Source: Candidatus Heimdallarchaeota archaeon (GTDB lineage: Archaea; Asgardarchaeota; Heimdallarchaeia; Hodarchaeales; Hodarchaeaceae). From it: a stretch of DNA of 64,000 nucleotides. The notes beneath the pieces are model-generated. The model had not been told where the DNA came from, made no database searches, and saw only the letters and a list, made by a program, of their open reading frames with translations. Below, in pieces: positions 63,277 through 64,000 of the stretch; the stretch's first letter is position 1, and every line of letters begins with the position of its first letter. The stretch spans positions 392,769-456,768 of the forward strand of contig RDOB01000004.1 in the NCBI GenBank assembly GCA_011364965.1. Direction: 5' to 3'. Position numbers and translations under genes: made by a program.

Positions 63277-64000
63277 ATGACAATAATCCAAGTAAATGAT
63301 ATTAATATGTATTACGAGATGATTGGAGAAGGTTCCCCTCTATTATTTATTGGAGGTTTAGGATCAAGTTGTCGTAACTGGGATTATCAAATGCAAGCGT
63401 TTTCAAACAATTTCAAGGTTATTACCTTTGATTTACGAGGACACGGAGAAACGGATAAGCCTGAAGGACCTTATACAATATCTTTATTTACAAAAGATGT
63501 CGCAGAATTAATTAAATTCTTAAAATCTTATCCTGTCCATGTTGTAGGCCTTTCCATGGGTGCTATAATAGGATTTAAACTAGCAATTGATTATCCTCAA
63601 CTTATTAAAACACTTACAGTGGTAAATATGGGTACTTCGTTTGAAAAAAAATGGTATTATTTATTTTTAATAGGTCTAAAGCTATTAGGTGTTAAAAAAT
63701 TTGCTAAAGTTGTAGGACCAAAACTATTTATAAAAACAGAACACAAAGAAATAGCACAAAAATGGATGGAAAGATTTTCGAAGAATGATAAGAAAATCTT
63801 GCTATATTCATTAAAAGCATTGAAGAATTGGGATATTACTAACCAACTTCCCAGAATTCAATGTCCAACTCTAGTGATTAGTTCTGATAGAGATCAAACA
63901 CCTTTAAAATCGAAAAAAAGATGTGTTGCCTTGATACCAGACGCAAAACTCATTATTATAGAAGATGCTGGTCATGTATTACCAATGGAAAAACCAGAGA
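63277..64000 (+). CDS. Alpha/beta hydrolase, 3'-truncated by window edge
   Basis: FDLRGHG, GLSMG nucleophile elbow, AGH; frame open to the end of the window. Not in the ORF track. Confidence 0.92.
   Translation, partial: MTIIQVNDINMYYEMIGEGSPLLFIGGLGSSCRNWDYQMQAFSNNFKVITFDLRGHGETDKPEGPYTISLFTKDVAELIKFLKSYPVHVVGLSMGAIIGFKLAIDYPQLIKTLTVVNMGTSFEKKWYYLFLIGLKLLGVKKFAKVVGPKLFIKTEHKEIAQKWMERFSKNDKKILLYSLKALKNWDITNQLPRIQCPTLVISSDRDQTPLKSKKRCVALIPDAKLIIIEDAGHVLPMEKPE

Noticed and set aside
15724-64000. Integrated provirus, transposon or CRISPR array
   Set aside because: I saw no integrase, transposase, capsid gene, att repeat or repeat-spacer periodicity by eye.

Overview
This is an AT-rich archaeal chromosome segment, most consistent with an Asgard archaeon (Heimdallarchaeia/Hodarchaeales-like). 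That call is inferred from a Rab-like GTPase, a Roadblock protein, TPR and wHTH families, and archaeal informational genes. Bases 1-15.7 kb are core: rpoA'(3' part)-rpoA''-rpl30e-nusA-rps12, a ribosome-biogenesis/exosome block (METTL5-like, Csl4, Rio1, KH/Dim2), tRNA-Ala, pan, mbf1, rps8-rpl6, tRNA(CAT) and an intron-containing tRNA-Asn. Embedded in the core is a compact signalling operon (Rab-like GTPase, KaiC-like ATPase, Roadblock, FIST, MFS) divergent from an unannotated type IV/Flp-like pilin. After the tRNA pair the window is an accessory mosaic: active and degenerate HerA/VirB4-like ATPases, PadR-arsM, TldD/PmbA, nitroreductases, GNATs, transporters and several decayed genes. It also holds a SatD(cyclase-like)-HTH-Mrr nuclease fusion facing a hidden satD pseudogene plus membrane gene across two palindromic operators, and a candidate membrane-tethered regulator plus intramembrane protease pair. 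No CRISPR array, rRNA, integrase or transposase was seen. All family calls are by motif recognition; no database searches were run.
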